From Clostridia bacterium (GTDB taxonomy: Bacteria; Bacillota; Clostridia; UMGS1883; UMGS1540), in assembly GCA_017620205.1 (NCBI GenBank), contig JAFZQX010000037.1:31681-95680 (forward strand): a DNA stretch of 64,000 bases. The letters are read 5' to 3'. A model generated the notes under the pieces. It had not been told where the DNA came from, did no database searches, and saw only the letters and a program-made list of their open reading frames with translations. Positions within the stretch are counted from its first letter, which is position 1; every line of letters starts with the position of its first letter. The position numbers and the translations under genes are program-made. Below, in pieces: positions 26,507-36,265 of the stretch.

Positions 26507-27453
26507 GAAAACGCGACATCCTTTTAAAAGCTTTGGCGCTCCTTGTATCTATCGGTCTTTGGGTTTATGTTTCGTATGTTGAAATTCCCGAAATAGAAGT
26601 TAAGTATTATAATATACCTATTACATACGTAAACGAGGATTCTCTTGAGGCGGCGCAGCTTATACGCGATACCGACGGTGAAGTACAAAACGTTACGGTA
26701 AAGGTCAGGGGAAAAAGAAGTAAAATATTCTCTCTGTCAAATCATGACATAACGGCAAAGGTTGACCTGTCAGGCATAAGCTATGCCTCAACATATACCC
26801 TGCCGATCACGGTCACTTTCCTTGCGGACGGATTTACGGCGGTTGATAAAAAGCCGTATACGGTACCGGTAAAAACAGAAAGAGCCATAGTAAAAGAATT
26901 GCCGGTTTCATTGGAGGTTTCGGGAGAGGCTGATTCTTCCTGCAAGATAACTAAAAAGACGCTGTCTGCGGAAACGGTTAAAGTACGCGGACCCGAATCA
27001 ATTATTGAAAACGCAAAAAGCTGTATGGCTTCCGTAAATATAGACGGTCTTTCGGAAGAGAAGAAATTAGGCGCGGAGCTTTCGCTGAAGCTTGATGACG
27101 GCACCGTAATTAAAGATAATCCGAAGGTAACCTTCCCGGGCGAAGCGGTAACAGTATTTATCGAGATGGATAAAACCGTAAAAATCACGGTACAGCCAAC
27201 GATAGAAAACCCTGATGCGCTTACGGTCGGTGATGTGAAAGTTAATCCGGGCGAAATAGAAATTAAAGGCAGTTATAAGGATATATCAAAACTCGGCGGC
27301 AGTATCGGCACGGAAAAAATATACATCGAAGGTTTAGCGGGAAAAAGAGAGTTTAACGTATCTTTGAATATTCCGGAGGGGATAAAGGTTCTCGGAGATA
27401 ATACAAAAGTAACTGTTGAACTGGAAATTAAAGAAGATGAAACAAATGAATAA
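26491..27453 (+). CDS. cdaR: CdaA regulatory protein CdaR (YbbR-domain protein)
   Basis: It overlaps the cdaA stop, and has an N-terminal TM helix followed by repeated beta-rich YbbR-like modules. The cdaA-cdaR synteny is conserved. Confidence 0.75.
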   Translation: MDKKIRKRDILLKALALLVSIGLWVYVSYVEIPEIEVKYYNIPITYVNEDSLEAAQLIRDTDGEVQNVTVKVRGKRSKIFSLSNHDITAKVDLSGISYASTYTLPITVTFLADGFTAVDKKPYTVPVKTERAIVKELPVSLEVSGEADSSCKITKKTLSAETVKVRGPESIIENAKSCMASVNIDGLSEEKKLGAELSLKLDDGTVIKDNPKVTFPGEAVTVFIEMDKTVKITVQPTIENPDALTVGDVKVNPGEIEIKGSYKDISKLGGSIGTEKIYIEGLAGKREFNVSLNIPEGIKVLGDNTKVTVELEIKEDETNE

Positions 27454-28318
27454 ATCATTTAGCTTTGAAGCTGAAAGTTTTGACCCTGCGGCAATATTCA
27501 CATGCGGTCAGTGCTTCAGATGGAGAGAGCAGCCGGACGGCAGCTTTACGGGCGTCGCGCTGGGAAGAGTTTTAAACGTTTCCAAAAAGGGCAACGAGGT
27601 ATTGCTTTCCGGCTGTACAAAAGATGAGTTTGATTCTCTCTGGCACAGATATTTTGACCTTGACAGAGACTACAAAACAATAAAACGCACTCTTTCCAAA
27701 AATCCAAAGCTTAAGTCTGCAGTAAAATACGGCGGCGGTATAAGGATACTTCGACAGGAGTTTTTTGAAACGCTCCTGTCGTTTATAATCTCGGCCAATA
27801 ACAATATTCCGCGTATTCAGGGGATAATTGAAAATATGTCCCGCCTTTGGGGCGAGAAAACAGTTTTTGAAAATAAAGAGTATTATGCTTTTCCTGAGCC
27901 CTCGGCGCTTTCGGGAATTACTGCGGGCGATCTGGCACCGCTTCGCGCAGGCTACAGGGCGGCATATCTTGAAAAAACAGTTAAAAGCTATCTTCGCGGC
28001 GATATAGTTTATGAAGAGCTTTGCGAAATGCCGACAGATAAGGCAAGACGCGCACTTATGAGCCTTTGCGGCGTAGGGCCGAAGGTTGCGGACTGCATAC
28101 TTTTGTTTTCGCTCGGCAGGTTTGACGTTTTCCCGACGGACGTTTGGGTAAAGCGCGTTATGGCGGAGCTTTTCTCATGCGCCGAAAAGGACGCATGCAA
28201 AAAAGGCTGCGAAATGTTCGGCGAATACGCCGGCATTGCACAGCAATATTTATTTTATGAAAGAAGAGAACAATCGCGTGAGAATGAGAAAAAAGAAAAA
28301 TCTCCTGCCGCGTCTTGA
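27437..28318 (+). CDS. ogg: 8-oxoguanine DNA glycosylase / DNA lyase (HhH-GPD family)
   Basis: It has the HhH-GPD motif LCGVGPKVADCILLFSLGRFDVFPTDVW. The start is ambiguous among 27416, 27437 and 27446. Confidence 0.75.
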   Translation: MKQMNKSFSFEAESFDPAAIFTCGQCFRWREQPDGSFTGVALGRVLNVSKKGNEVLLSGCTKDEFDSLWHRYFDLDRDYKTIKRTLSKNPKLKSAVKYGGGIRILRQEFFETLLSFIISANNNIPRIQGIIENMSRLWGEKTVFENKEYYAFPEPSALSGITAGDLAPLRAGYRAAYLEKTVKSYLRGDIVYEELCEMPTDKARRALMSLCGVGPKVADCILLFSLGRFDVFPTDVWVKRVMAELFSCAEKDACKKGCEMFGEYAGIAQQYLFYERREQSRENEKKEKSPAAS

Positions 28319-28892
28319 GGCGGTAAGTGATTTTTTTATTAAAGATATATCTGAATTTGAGGATTTTTCAAATATCTATCTTGAGATAGGGTGCGGCAAA
28401 GGCACTTTTATAACGGAGAGCGCAAAAAGAAATCCAAAAAGGCAGTATGTTGCTATTGAAAAGGTCAGCAGCGTTATACTTCTTGCGGCGGAGAAAGCTG
28501 CAAGGGAAAACCTTAAAAACGTGCGCTTTTATTTGGGAGACGCGGAAAATCTCCGAGACCTTAAAAATTCAAACTTTTGCGACAAAATATTTTTAAACTT
28601 CAGCGACCCCTGGCCGCGCACGCGCCACGCGAAAAGACGGCTCACGGCGGACGGGTTTTTAGAGCTTTATAAAAAGCTGTTGTCAAGTGACGGCGAAATT
28701 CAAATGAAAACGGACAACACGGAGCTTTTTGATTTTTCGCTTGAAACATTTCCCGCAAACGGCTTTGAATTATCGGAAGTTACGCGCGATCTTCACGCGG
28801 AGGTGGCGCCGTGGAATATAGTTACGGAGTATGAACAGAATTTTGTGTCTCAAGGAGTGCCTATTAAAAGGTTGGTTGCAAAACTGCAGTAG
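28284..28892 (+). CDS. trmB: tRNA (guanine-N7)-methyltransferase TrmB
   Basis: The N-terminus MRKKKNL is typical, the SAM motif LEIGCGKGTF is present, and FSDPWP is found in ...LNFSDPWPRTRH. A GTG at 28278 is an alternative start. Confidence 0.85.
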   Translation: MRKKKNLLPRLEAVSDFFIKDISEFEDFSNIYLEIGCGKGTFITESAKRNPKRQYVAIEKVSSVILLAAEKAARENLKNVRFYLGDAENLRDLKNSNFCDKIFLNFSDPWPRTRHAKRRLTADGFLELYKKLLSSDGEIQMKTDNTELFDFSLETFPANGFELSEVTRDLHAEVAPWNIVTEYEQNFVSQGVPIKRLVAKLQ

Positions 28893-28915
28893 AAAGACAC
28901 ACACCGGAGGTTTAA

Positions 28916-29773
28916 ATGTATTCTCTGACAGACAGAAAGACAATTGAATACCTTTGCAAAAAATATGATTTTAAGTTTAAAAAAGGTCTCGGTCAAAACT
29001 TTTTAACGGATGAGAGCGTACTTGTAAACGTAGCGGAAGCGGCGGATACAGAAAACGGCGGCGTTCTTGAGATAGGCCCCGGCTTCGGCGTTTTAACGGC
29101 AGTGCTTGCGCAGAGGGCAAAAAAAGTTTTGGCGGTTGAAATAGACGAAAAGGTAATGCCCGTTTTATCGGAAACCCTGGCGGGCTTTGATAATATAGAA
29201 ATAGTTAATAAAGACATTTTAAAGTGCGATGTAAAAGAGCTTATAGAGGAGCATTTCGGCGATGAGAAAATAAGCGTTGCGGCAAATTTGCCGTACTATA
29301 TAACAACGCCTATTATAATGAAACTTTTAGAGGATCAGCTGCCGCTTAAAAACATAGTCGTAATGGTTCAAAAGGAAGTGGCGGAGCGCATGTGCGCGGC
29401 CCCGGGCGGTAAGGACTACGGCGCCGTGACGGTAGCCGTAAACTATTACTGCGAGCCGTCGCTTATATGCAATGTCGGAAGGCACCTGTTTGTGCCCGCG
29501 CCAAACGTTGATTCCGCTGTGTTAAAGCTCAAATTAAGAGAAAAACCGCCTGTGGAGGTTATATCCGAGAAAACGTTTTTCTCGGTTGTAAAAGCTTCGT
29601 TTTCACAGAGACGTAAAACGCTTTTTAATGCACTTAAAAATTCGGGCAACTTCGGCACGGCCCAAAACATTGAAAACGTTTTGGCGGCGGCGGGTATAGA
29701 TAAAATGATTCGCGGCGAGCGCCTTTCTATAGAAGAATTTGCGAAAATCGCAAACGGGTTTTGCAGGGAATAA
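28916..29773 (+). CDS. rsmA: 16S rRNA (adenine1518/1519-N6)-dimethyltransferase RsmA/KsgA
   Basis: It contains LGQNFL, VLEIGPGFGVLT and NLPYYITTPI. Confidence 0.9.
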   Translation: MYSLTDRKTIEYLCKKYDFKFKKGLGQNFLTDESVLVNVAEAADTENGGVLEIGPGFGVLTAVLAQRAKKVLAVEIDEKVMPVLSETLAGFDNIEIVNKDILKCDVKELIEEHFGDEKISVAANLPYYITTPIIMKLLEDQLPLKNIVVMVQKEVAERMCAAPGGKDYGAVTVAVNYYCEPSLICNVGRHLFVPAPNVDSAVLKLKLREKPPVEVISEKTFFSVVKASFSQRRKTLFNALKNSGNFGTAQNIENVLAAAGIDKMIRGERLSIEEFAKIANGFCRE

Positions 29774-29907
29774 ACAAAAAGCGGGCTGTAAAAGCAGTCT
29801 GCTTTTTGTATTTTTGACAAAAAGCATTGAAAAGTATCTTTGAAAGTGATATAATTACAATGAAAAAAGTTTTATAATTGTTGAATAAAAAACGGAGGGA
29901 TGTAATT

Positions 29908-32900
29908 ATGAAAAAAGCAGCTGCCTTGTTTTTGACCTTTTGCCTTATTGCAATGTGCTTTGCAGCTGTTCCCGTGTCGGCGGGAAGCGCCGGGGGAGGC
30001 GGAGGAGGAGGCATTATTGTGCCGCCGCCGCAAAGAACGTTTACCGTCCCCGTAGAAAACGCCGAGCCCGGAGCGAAAATTATTCTGGCTCTCTATAATG
30101 GAAACGCGCTTGCCGACATCATAATTAAAAAGTATGATGGCAACGCGGTTTCGTTTAGAAGTTATGAGGCGTACGACCAAATAAAGGCTTTTGTTTGGTC
30201 TGAAAACGGAATGGAACCGTTTTCGGAAGAACTTGACTATTCGCAGATAGTTTACGGCGATGATGACTCTATTGTAATAGACATTGCTTCTTTGAGCAGA
30301 ATTATTACTGAAAACGGAAAGATATATGGAATTCTATATTTTGCAGATCCCGACGACTATACGGCGAACAAACTAAGGATTGACAGCGATGCAGTATACT
30401 ATTATAACGGCAAAAGAATAAGCCCGGATGACGCGATAAGCTGTTTAAGAGATGTGTATGAAGGCGGCGAAACGCCATATGGTAAGCTCCAATTGGTCAG
30501 AGTCGGTTATGAAGATGATTTCAGTATTGTATATATAACGGAGTATAACTACAACGAGATAGTTTCTGAAGTTGATAAAGAAAATAAAAAAGTGACAACA
30601 ATATATGGCGGGAATATCAGCTTCATTTCGAGCGAAACAGAGTATGTTTTCTATAAAGAAGATGGCTCTATGGGCTCGTTTGACGATATAGAAAAAAATT
30701 CCGTTTTAACTTTTGCAGAAAGTAAAGACGGTAAGCTGTGCGCCGTTTATATCAGCAACAAAAAAGTAACGGGAATTGTTACTGAGAAAGGATATATAGA
30801 CTTCGGTTATGGTTGCCGTATAGGAGATGACACATATAAGATTAATGAAGAATACGAATCCGTTGAGCCGGGAGATAAGGGAACGTTTTATATAAACTTT
30901 GATAATACAGTCGTATATGCAGAACGCGAAACTAACGAAAAGTATGCTTATCTTTTCAAAGCGGGAACGGCAAGCAGCGCGTTTTCCGACGGTACGGTTC
31001 AAATAAAGTATCTTAAAACTGACGGAACGTGGGAAGTTAAAGATTTGGCAAGCAGCATTACTATATGTAAGGGATATGAAACCGTGTCAGGCATCAAGCC
31101 GGGAAGTTATCAAAATGACTATCAGAAGCTAGAAGCTCTCAGCGAGCTGTTTGAAATGGATGGTAGCGGTGAAATTTGCGGCGCCAAACCTCAGCTCATT
31201 ACGTTTAAAACAAATGCCGGCGGCGAGATAAATAAACTCTATGTTGCGTCGGATAGTGCCGACCGTAATTGTTTTTCAATGGATTATTCGGGCTCCGGTA
31301 TGGTTTACAGCAAAAAAGACAATAAGCTCGGCGATATTCCGCTAAAGAAAAATACAAAGGTATTATGTATAAATACCGCGCATGACTATGATGAAGACGG
31401 ATTTTTTGTATCAACATCGGATATGGTATTCAGGGATAACCAAGAATACATGGTAGATGTTTATGATATGAATACGTTCGGTTACCCTGCAATTATCGTT
31501 GCGTATGACGCGGCAGCCGCTATTTCCGAAGCTGACCCCATATTTGTTGTTGATAGGGTAGCGTATGCAACAAGCGCGGAAGGATTTGATGTATATAAGT
31601 TTTACGGTTTCCAAAACGGAGAGCGTGTATCGCTTGAAAGCTCTGCGGATTTTTATATGGATTATGACCTTGAAGCGGGCGACGTTATATTATATTCCCC
31701 TGACTTCTTTGGTAAAGTAAATGACATAGAAGTGCTGTTTACCAAATATATGGCATCGGATTATATATATGAAGGTACCGTGCCCGAAATCTCTTTGGGC
31801 GAAGCGGAGGAGGTATTCGGAAAGGTTACGGCTAAGAAGCCGGGTAATACCGTGACGCTTGATTCGGGAGAGGATTATGCCTTAACCGGCGATAAGCTTA
31901 AGATTTACAAGGTAAACCTTATCAGCAAAAGCGCAACTGTTTCAGTGGCTTCTTATGACGATATAACAGCGGTTTCAAGCGACAGCGGATACGGCAGCTG
32001 GGCATATCTGCGCTTCTGTGACGGTGAGGCTATAGGCGCGGTTATATATCAGAAGAGCGTTAAAGCGGCAGAAGATGATATTATTGAAATAAGCGCTTCG
32101 CAGCTTAATGATGTTTCCGAACAGGACGGAGAAATTACCGGCATTTCATATTTAGACGCTACCGGCAATGCTGCCGTAGAGCTTTTGTTTGCACCCGGCG
32201 CGAAGTATTATTATAACGGCGTTGAAGCGGACGCAGAAGCTGCGGCGGAGTTTATTTGGGCTATACTGGACGGCGAGTATAACTATAACGGCTTGGGCGG
32301 TCTAAGAAGCGGTAAAATCAAATTTGTCCGCGACGGCGGAGATAACGCATTCAGCAACGTATATATTACTGAATACAATTATAGTTGTGTAGTCGATAAA
32401 ATAGACGAAAACGGCAGAGTAATTGACACATACGGTAATTTAATTGAATTTGATTATTATGATACGATAGCGTTTTATAAAGAAGACGGCTCCATAGGTT
32501 CGTTTGACGATATAGAAAAGGGCTCTGTTGTCTCTTTTGCCGAAAGTGAAGACTGGACATGTTGCTGCTCCGTATATATCAGCAACAAAAAAGTTACGGG
32601 AACCGTTACGGAGAAGGGATATGAAGGCAACGTCACTTTTTGTTATATAGACGGCAACTATTATAAGTGCAATGATAATGATACAGTAAGTGTTGGCGAT
32701 AAAGGAACTTTTTATATAAACATTGATAACGCAGTCGTATATGCAAAGCTTGAAACAAATGTGAATTATGTATATCTTTTTAAAGCGGGAATAAAAAGCG
32801 GCACGGTCACAGGAGATAAAGTTCAGATAAAATATCTTAAAGATGACGGCACATGGGAAATAAAGGATTTGGCAGACCGCATTACCGTATATAAGGGAAA

Positions 32901-33930
32901 CGAGGCGGTATCCGGCATCAGACCGCAGGAATATATAGACGACGGCTATCAGATTGAAGCGCTCGGTTGGCTGTTTGACATACGCTACAATGAGATTCGC
33001 GATGCCAAACCGCAGCTAATTACGTTTAAAACAAACAGCAGCGGCGAGATAAACAAGCTTTATGCTGCAAAAGATATGCAAGACAAGCTGTGTTTTTCAA
33101 AGGATTATTCATCATCCGGTGTAACTTACAGCCAAAAATATAATAAACTCGGCAGGGTTTATCTTAAAAACAATACAAAGGTATTTTGTGTTGATACCTC
33201 AGAAGCGGATGAAGAAGACGGATACTGCGTAACAACATCCGACAGATTATTTAAAGACGGTTTAAATTACAGTATAGACGCCTATGATTACGATGATGAC
33301 GGTTATCCTTCCGTTTTGGTTGCATATGATGCGGCACCGGACTTTTTCATAGATGACCCTGTATTTGTAATAGACAGAGTTGTGCCATATGAAAACGATG
33401 ACGGAAATGATGTATATTTGCTTTACGGTTACCGTGACGGCGAAGAGTTTTCGGCGGAAACCGCTGCAGGATGTAATTTTAACTGCGGTGAGCTTGGAGC
33501 CGGCGACGTTATCATATACAAGCTTGATCTTATGGACAAAATAGATGATATCAAGGTTCTTTTCTATGCAGACGATGCTGTCAATTACATATTTGATTGC
33601 GGAGATGCCCCGGCGCTTTCACGTGATGATTGTGTAGAGGAAGACTTTGGTATGGTTACAAAAAAGAATACGGGAAACCGTTTGATGCTTGAATATGATG
33701 ATGAGAGGCAGTATTCCCTGACCGGAGATAAGCTTAAGATTTACACGGTAAATGTAAACAGATTGAGACCTGTCATTTCGGTTGCTTCTTACGGAGATAT
33801 CACAGCTTATACAAATGAAGGCAGGCTTGGCAGCTGGGCGTATGTAAGATATTATGATGATGAGCCAATATGCGCGGTTGTATATCAGGCAGATATACCG
33901 TACCGGGTAGAATATGATTATGATTATTAA
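29908..33930 (+). CDS. 1340-aa secreted protein of unknown function with an internal ~604-aa tandem duplication
   Basis: The ATG at 29908 lies 8 nt after GGAGGG. The signal peptide is MKKAAALFLTFCLIAMCFAAVPVSA, followed by a G7/P3 linker. Two long homologous halves follow. I recognised no known domain. Confidence 0.75.
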   Translation: MKKAAALFLTFCLIAMCFAAVPVSAGSAGGGGGGGIIVPPPQRTFTVPVENAEPGAKIILALYNGNALADIIIKKYDGNAVSFRSYEAYDQIKAFVWSENGMEPFSEELDYSQIVYGDDDSIVIDIASLSRIITENGKIYGILYFADPDDYTANKLRIDSDAVYYYNGKRISPDDAISCLRDVYEGGETPYGKLQLVRVGYEDDFSIVYITEYNYNEIVSEVDKENKKVTTIYGGNISFISSETEYVFYKEDGSMGSFDDIEKNSVLTFAESKDGKLCAVYISNKKVTGIVTEKGYIDFGYGCRIGDDTYKINEEYESVEPGDKGTFYINFDNTVVYAERETNEKYAYLFKAGTASSAFSDGTVQIKYLKTDGTWEVKDLASSITICKGYETVSGIKPGSYQNDYQKLEALSELFEMDGSGEICGAKPQLITFKTNAGGEINKLYVASDSADRNCFSMDYSGSGMVYSKKDNKLGDIPLKKNTKVLCINTAHDYDEDGFFVSTSDMVFRDNQEYMVDVYDMNTFGYPAIIVAYDAAAAISEADPIFVVDRVAYATSAEGFDVYKFYGFQNGERVSLESSADFYMDYDLEAGDVILYSPDFFGKVNDIEVLFTKYMASDYIYEGTVPEISLGEAEEVFGKVTAKKPGNTVTLDSGEDYALTGDKLKIYKVNLISKSATVSVASYDDITAVSSDSGYGSWAYLRFCDGEAIGAVIYQKSVKAAEDDIIEISASQLNDVSEQDGEITGISYLDATGNAAVELLFAPGAKYYYNGVEADAEAAAEFIWAILDGEYNYNGLGGLRSGKIKFVRDGGDNAFSNVYITEYNYSCVVDKIDENGRVIDTYGNLIEFDYYDTIAFYKEDGSIGSFDDIEKGSVVSFAESEDWTCCCSVYISNKKVTGTVTEKGYEGNVTFCYIDGNYYKCNDNDTVSVGDKGTFYINIDNAVVYAKLETNVNYVYLFKAGIKSGTVTGDKVQIKYLKDDGTWEIKDLADRITVYKGNEAVSGIRPQEYIDDGYQIEALGWLFDIRYNEIRDAKPQLITFKTNSSGEINKLYAAKDMQDKLCFSKDYSSSGVTYSQKYNKLGRVYLKNNTKVFCVDTSEADEEDGYCVTTSDRLFKDGLNYSIDAYDYDDDGYPSVLVAYDAAPDFFIDDPVFVIDRVVPYENDDGNDVYLLYGYRDGEEFSAETAAGCNFNCGELGAGDVIIYKLDLMDKIDDIKVLFYADDAVNYIFDCGDAPALSRDDCVEEDFGMVTKKNTGNRLMLEYDDERQYSLTGDKLKIYTVNVNRLRPVISVASYGDITAYTNEGRLGSWAYVRYYDDEPICAVVYQADIPYRVEYDYDY
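30259..33885 (+). repeat. In-frame tandem duplication inside the 1340-aa protein (R1 30259-32070, R2 32071-~33885)
   Basis: Blocks shared between the halves include YITEYNY, FYKEDGS[MI]GSFDDIEK, VYISNKKVTG.VTEKGY, GDKGTFYIN, VQIKYLK.DGTWE.KDLA, AKPQLITFKTN..GEINKLY, LTGDKLKIY.VN and GSWAY.R. Confidence 0.85.
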
Positions 33931-33941
33931 GGAGAAAAAGC

Positions 33942-35405
33942 ATGAGAAGAATACTCGCGGTTTCGATAGCGTTATTATTGATTACAACATTTTCTGTGGG
34001 AGTCACAGCTTTCGCGGCAGGCGGCGACGCCGAAATCCAGTTTTGTGTAGGTGACAGCGTTTTAACTATAAACGGTACGCCCGTTATGGTTGAAACGCCG
34101 TATGTAGTAGGCGCGGGCGTAACGCTCGTTCCCGTCCGTGTTATTACGGAAGCTTTTGGAGCTGAGGTGGGCTGGGAAGGTGAAACAAAAACGATCACAA
34201 TAGATTATCCCGGCTCAAACATAGTATTGCAGATAGGAAACATAAACGTCAGCGTAAACGGAGTGTCAAGCGAGCTGCTTGCCGCGCCCGAGCTCTCCGC
34301 AGGCGGATATACTATGGTTCCGCTTCGCTTTATTTCAGAAACCTTCGGCGCGTCTGTTTCGTATGACGACGCGACAAGAAAGATAACTATAATAAAAGGC
34401 ACACCGTATGCAGACTACGGCGCGGATTACTATGTCGGTGAGCCCGCGGAAGGCTTCAAACGCTTTACCTCCAAAAAACTCGGTATCTCGTTTTTGATTC
34501 CCGATAATATGGATGTTGATACAGAAGAAATAACACAAAACTCATACAGCTTTTCCAAAACATTATCGGATGACAGCATCTCCGCAATCAGTCTGGTTGT
34601 ATATACCAAAAGCGGTGACAACGGCGCTTATGCTGTTGCAAACGAAGATTTTGCCGCGAACAAACAGGAGTTAAACGAAAGTATAACGCAGTTTGACGGC
34701 GAACTGAAAAGAAGAATATACGGCACGCTTGTTACGTATAAGTATAATTATATAATAAACTGCACATATCACAGCGAAATAAATACAGATGTTTTCTTTG
34801 AAAACGGCAACTATCTCTATAATATAACATTCTGCTTTAAGCTTCCGGATGATAATGTCGCAAACATTATAGATACCATACTCGGCTCTGTATCTTTAGG
34901 CGAAATAAATCCCGCAGTGTTCGGTACAATATACAGACCGGGCAGAAGCGCTTACTCGAGATCTGCTTCAGAAACTTTAAGGCATTGTTCGCTCATTTTC
35001 CCGAGCTATTATATAGAAAGAGCAAATAAGGGTGTTGTGCAGTATACAAATACGTTAAACGGTGTTGTAATAACTGCTTGGTACGAAAAGCAAGAAGACG
35101 GGTATTCTGCAGATGACATCAAAACGCTTGCGTCAACCGTTGAGGCAAGACAAACTGCAAACGAAGGTATGATTCCGGTTTACGGGCTGACAGAGGACAG
35201 AATTAACGGCAATTATGCATATGAGTATGCTGTGCGTTCCAATCAGCCGGATAAAGGATACAGCGAGTATATCGAAAACTATTTTATTTTGCTGGACGCA
35301 AACAAACGCGCTTATGTTTTCAGCATCCAGTACCCCGAATATGTTTTCTCAGAAAAAGCACGTAAAGACGTAAGAGATATACTTGAAACGATTGCTTATA
35401 AATAA
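33942..35405 (+). CDS. Secreted protein with an N-terminal copper-amine-oxidase-N-terminal-like (stalk) domain and an unknown C-terminal region
   Basis: It has a signal peptide. LTINGTPVMVETPYVVGAGVTLVPVRVITEAFGAEVGWEG and a second repeat, GGYTMVPLRFISETFGASVSYD, match the Cu_amine_oxidN1-type fold common in clostridial surface proteins. Confidence 0.7.
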   Translation: MRRILAVSIALLLITTFSVGVTAFAAGGDAEIQFCVGDSVLTINGTPVMVETPYVVGAGVTLVPVRVITEAFGAEVGWEGETKTITIDYPGSNIVLQIGNINVSVNGVSSELLAAPELSAGGYTMVPLRFISETFGASVSYDDATRKITIIKGTPYADYGADYYVGEPAEGFKRFTSKKLGISFLIPDNMDVDTEEITQNSYSFSKTLSDDSISAISLVVYTKSGDNGAYAVANEDFAANKQELNESITQFDGELKRRIYGTLVTYKYNYIINCTYHSEINTDVFFENGNYLYNITFCFKLPDDNVANIIDTILGSVSLGEINPAVFGTIYRPGRSAYSRSASETLRHCSLIFPSYYIERANKGVVQYTNTLNGVVITAWYEKQEDGYSADDIKTLASTVEARQTANEGMIPVYGLTEDRINGNYAYEYAVRSNQPDKGYSEYIENYFILLDANKRAYVFSIQYPEYVFSEKARKDVRDILETIAYK

Positions 35406-35422
35406 CGGAAACTAAAAGTGTT

Positions 35423-35464
35423 AAAAAAAACGGCTGCGGCAATAAAATTGCCGCAGCCGTTTTA
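35423..35464. terminator. Bidirectional intrinsic terminator
   Basis: A8 is followed by the 14-bp stem acggctgcggcaat-aaa-attgccgcagccgt, then T4. Confidence 0.8.
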
Positions 35465-35489
35465 TATTTCTGTATTTTTATATTCTGAA

Positions 35490-36242
35490 TTATTTAAGAG
35501 TATCGTTCATGTTATACATGCCGGCGGGTTTGCCCTTCATAAACTTCGCCGCGCGAAGTGCGCCTGCTGCGAAGATCTCGCGGCTTAAAGCCTCATGCTT
35601 GATTTCGATAATCTCGTCATGACCCGCGAAAATAACGTCGTGCTCGCCTACTATCGTGCCGCCGCGAACAGCCTGAATACCCACTTCGTTTTCGCCTCTT
35701 TTGCGGCGAACGCTGTGTCTGTCAAACATATATTCCGTTTCGTTTTCGCGTGTTTCGGCTATTGCGTCTGCGATTGCCAGAGCTGTGCCGCTTGGCGCGT
35801 CAAGCTTGCGGTTGTGGTGTTTTTCAACTATCTCAATATCATAGTTATACTGAAGCACTTCCGTAGCTCTTTTAACAAGGTCTATTAAAAGATTTACGCC
35901 TACGGACATGTTGGCGGAATAGAATATTGGTGATACCTTTGAAGCTTCGAACATCGCCTTTTTCTGTTCTTCCGAAAGACCCGTAGTTGCGAAAATCACG
36001 GGGATTTTGTTTTTAACCGCGTAATTTAAAATTCCGTCGAAAGCGGAAACGTGCGAAAAGTCAATAATCGCGTCGCATGTACCGCCGAATTCTTCCGGGG
36101 TTTTGTATATCGGAAAATCGTCATATTCTACTGTGTTTATATCAATACCCGCGCAAATTTTAATATCGGGATCGCTTTTGGCAAGAGACGCTATGGCGCG
36201 CCCCATAAACCCGTTTGCGCCGCTGAGTAATACGTTTGTCAT
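35490..36242 (-). CDS. dapB: 4-hydroxy-tetrahydrodipicolinate reductase
   Basis: It has GANGFMGR (NAD binding) and EKHHNRKLDAPSGTAL. I chose the start MTNVLLSG (36242). Confidence 0.9.
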   Translation of the reverse strand: MTNVLLSGANGFMGRAIASLAKSDPDIKICAGIDINTVEYDDFPIYKTPEEFGGTCDAIIDFSHVSAFDGILNYAVKNKIPVIFATTGLSEEQKKAMFEASKVSPIFYSANMSVGVNLLIDLVKRATEVLQYNYDIEIVEKHHNRKLDAPSGTALAIADAIAETRENETEYMFDRHSVRRKRGENEVGIQAVRGGTIVGEHDVIFAGHDEIIEIKHEALSREIFAAGALRAAKFMKGKPAGMYNMNDTLK

Positions 36243-36265
36243 TTGCATGCACAACCTTTCCAAAA

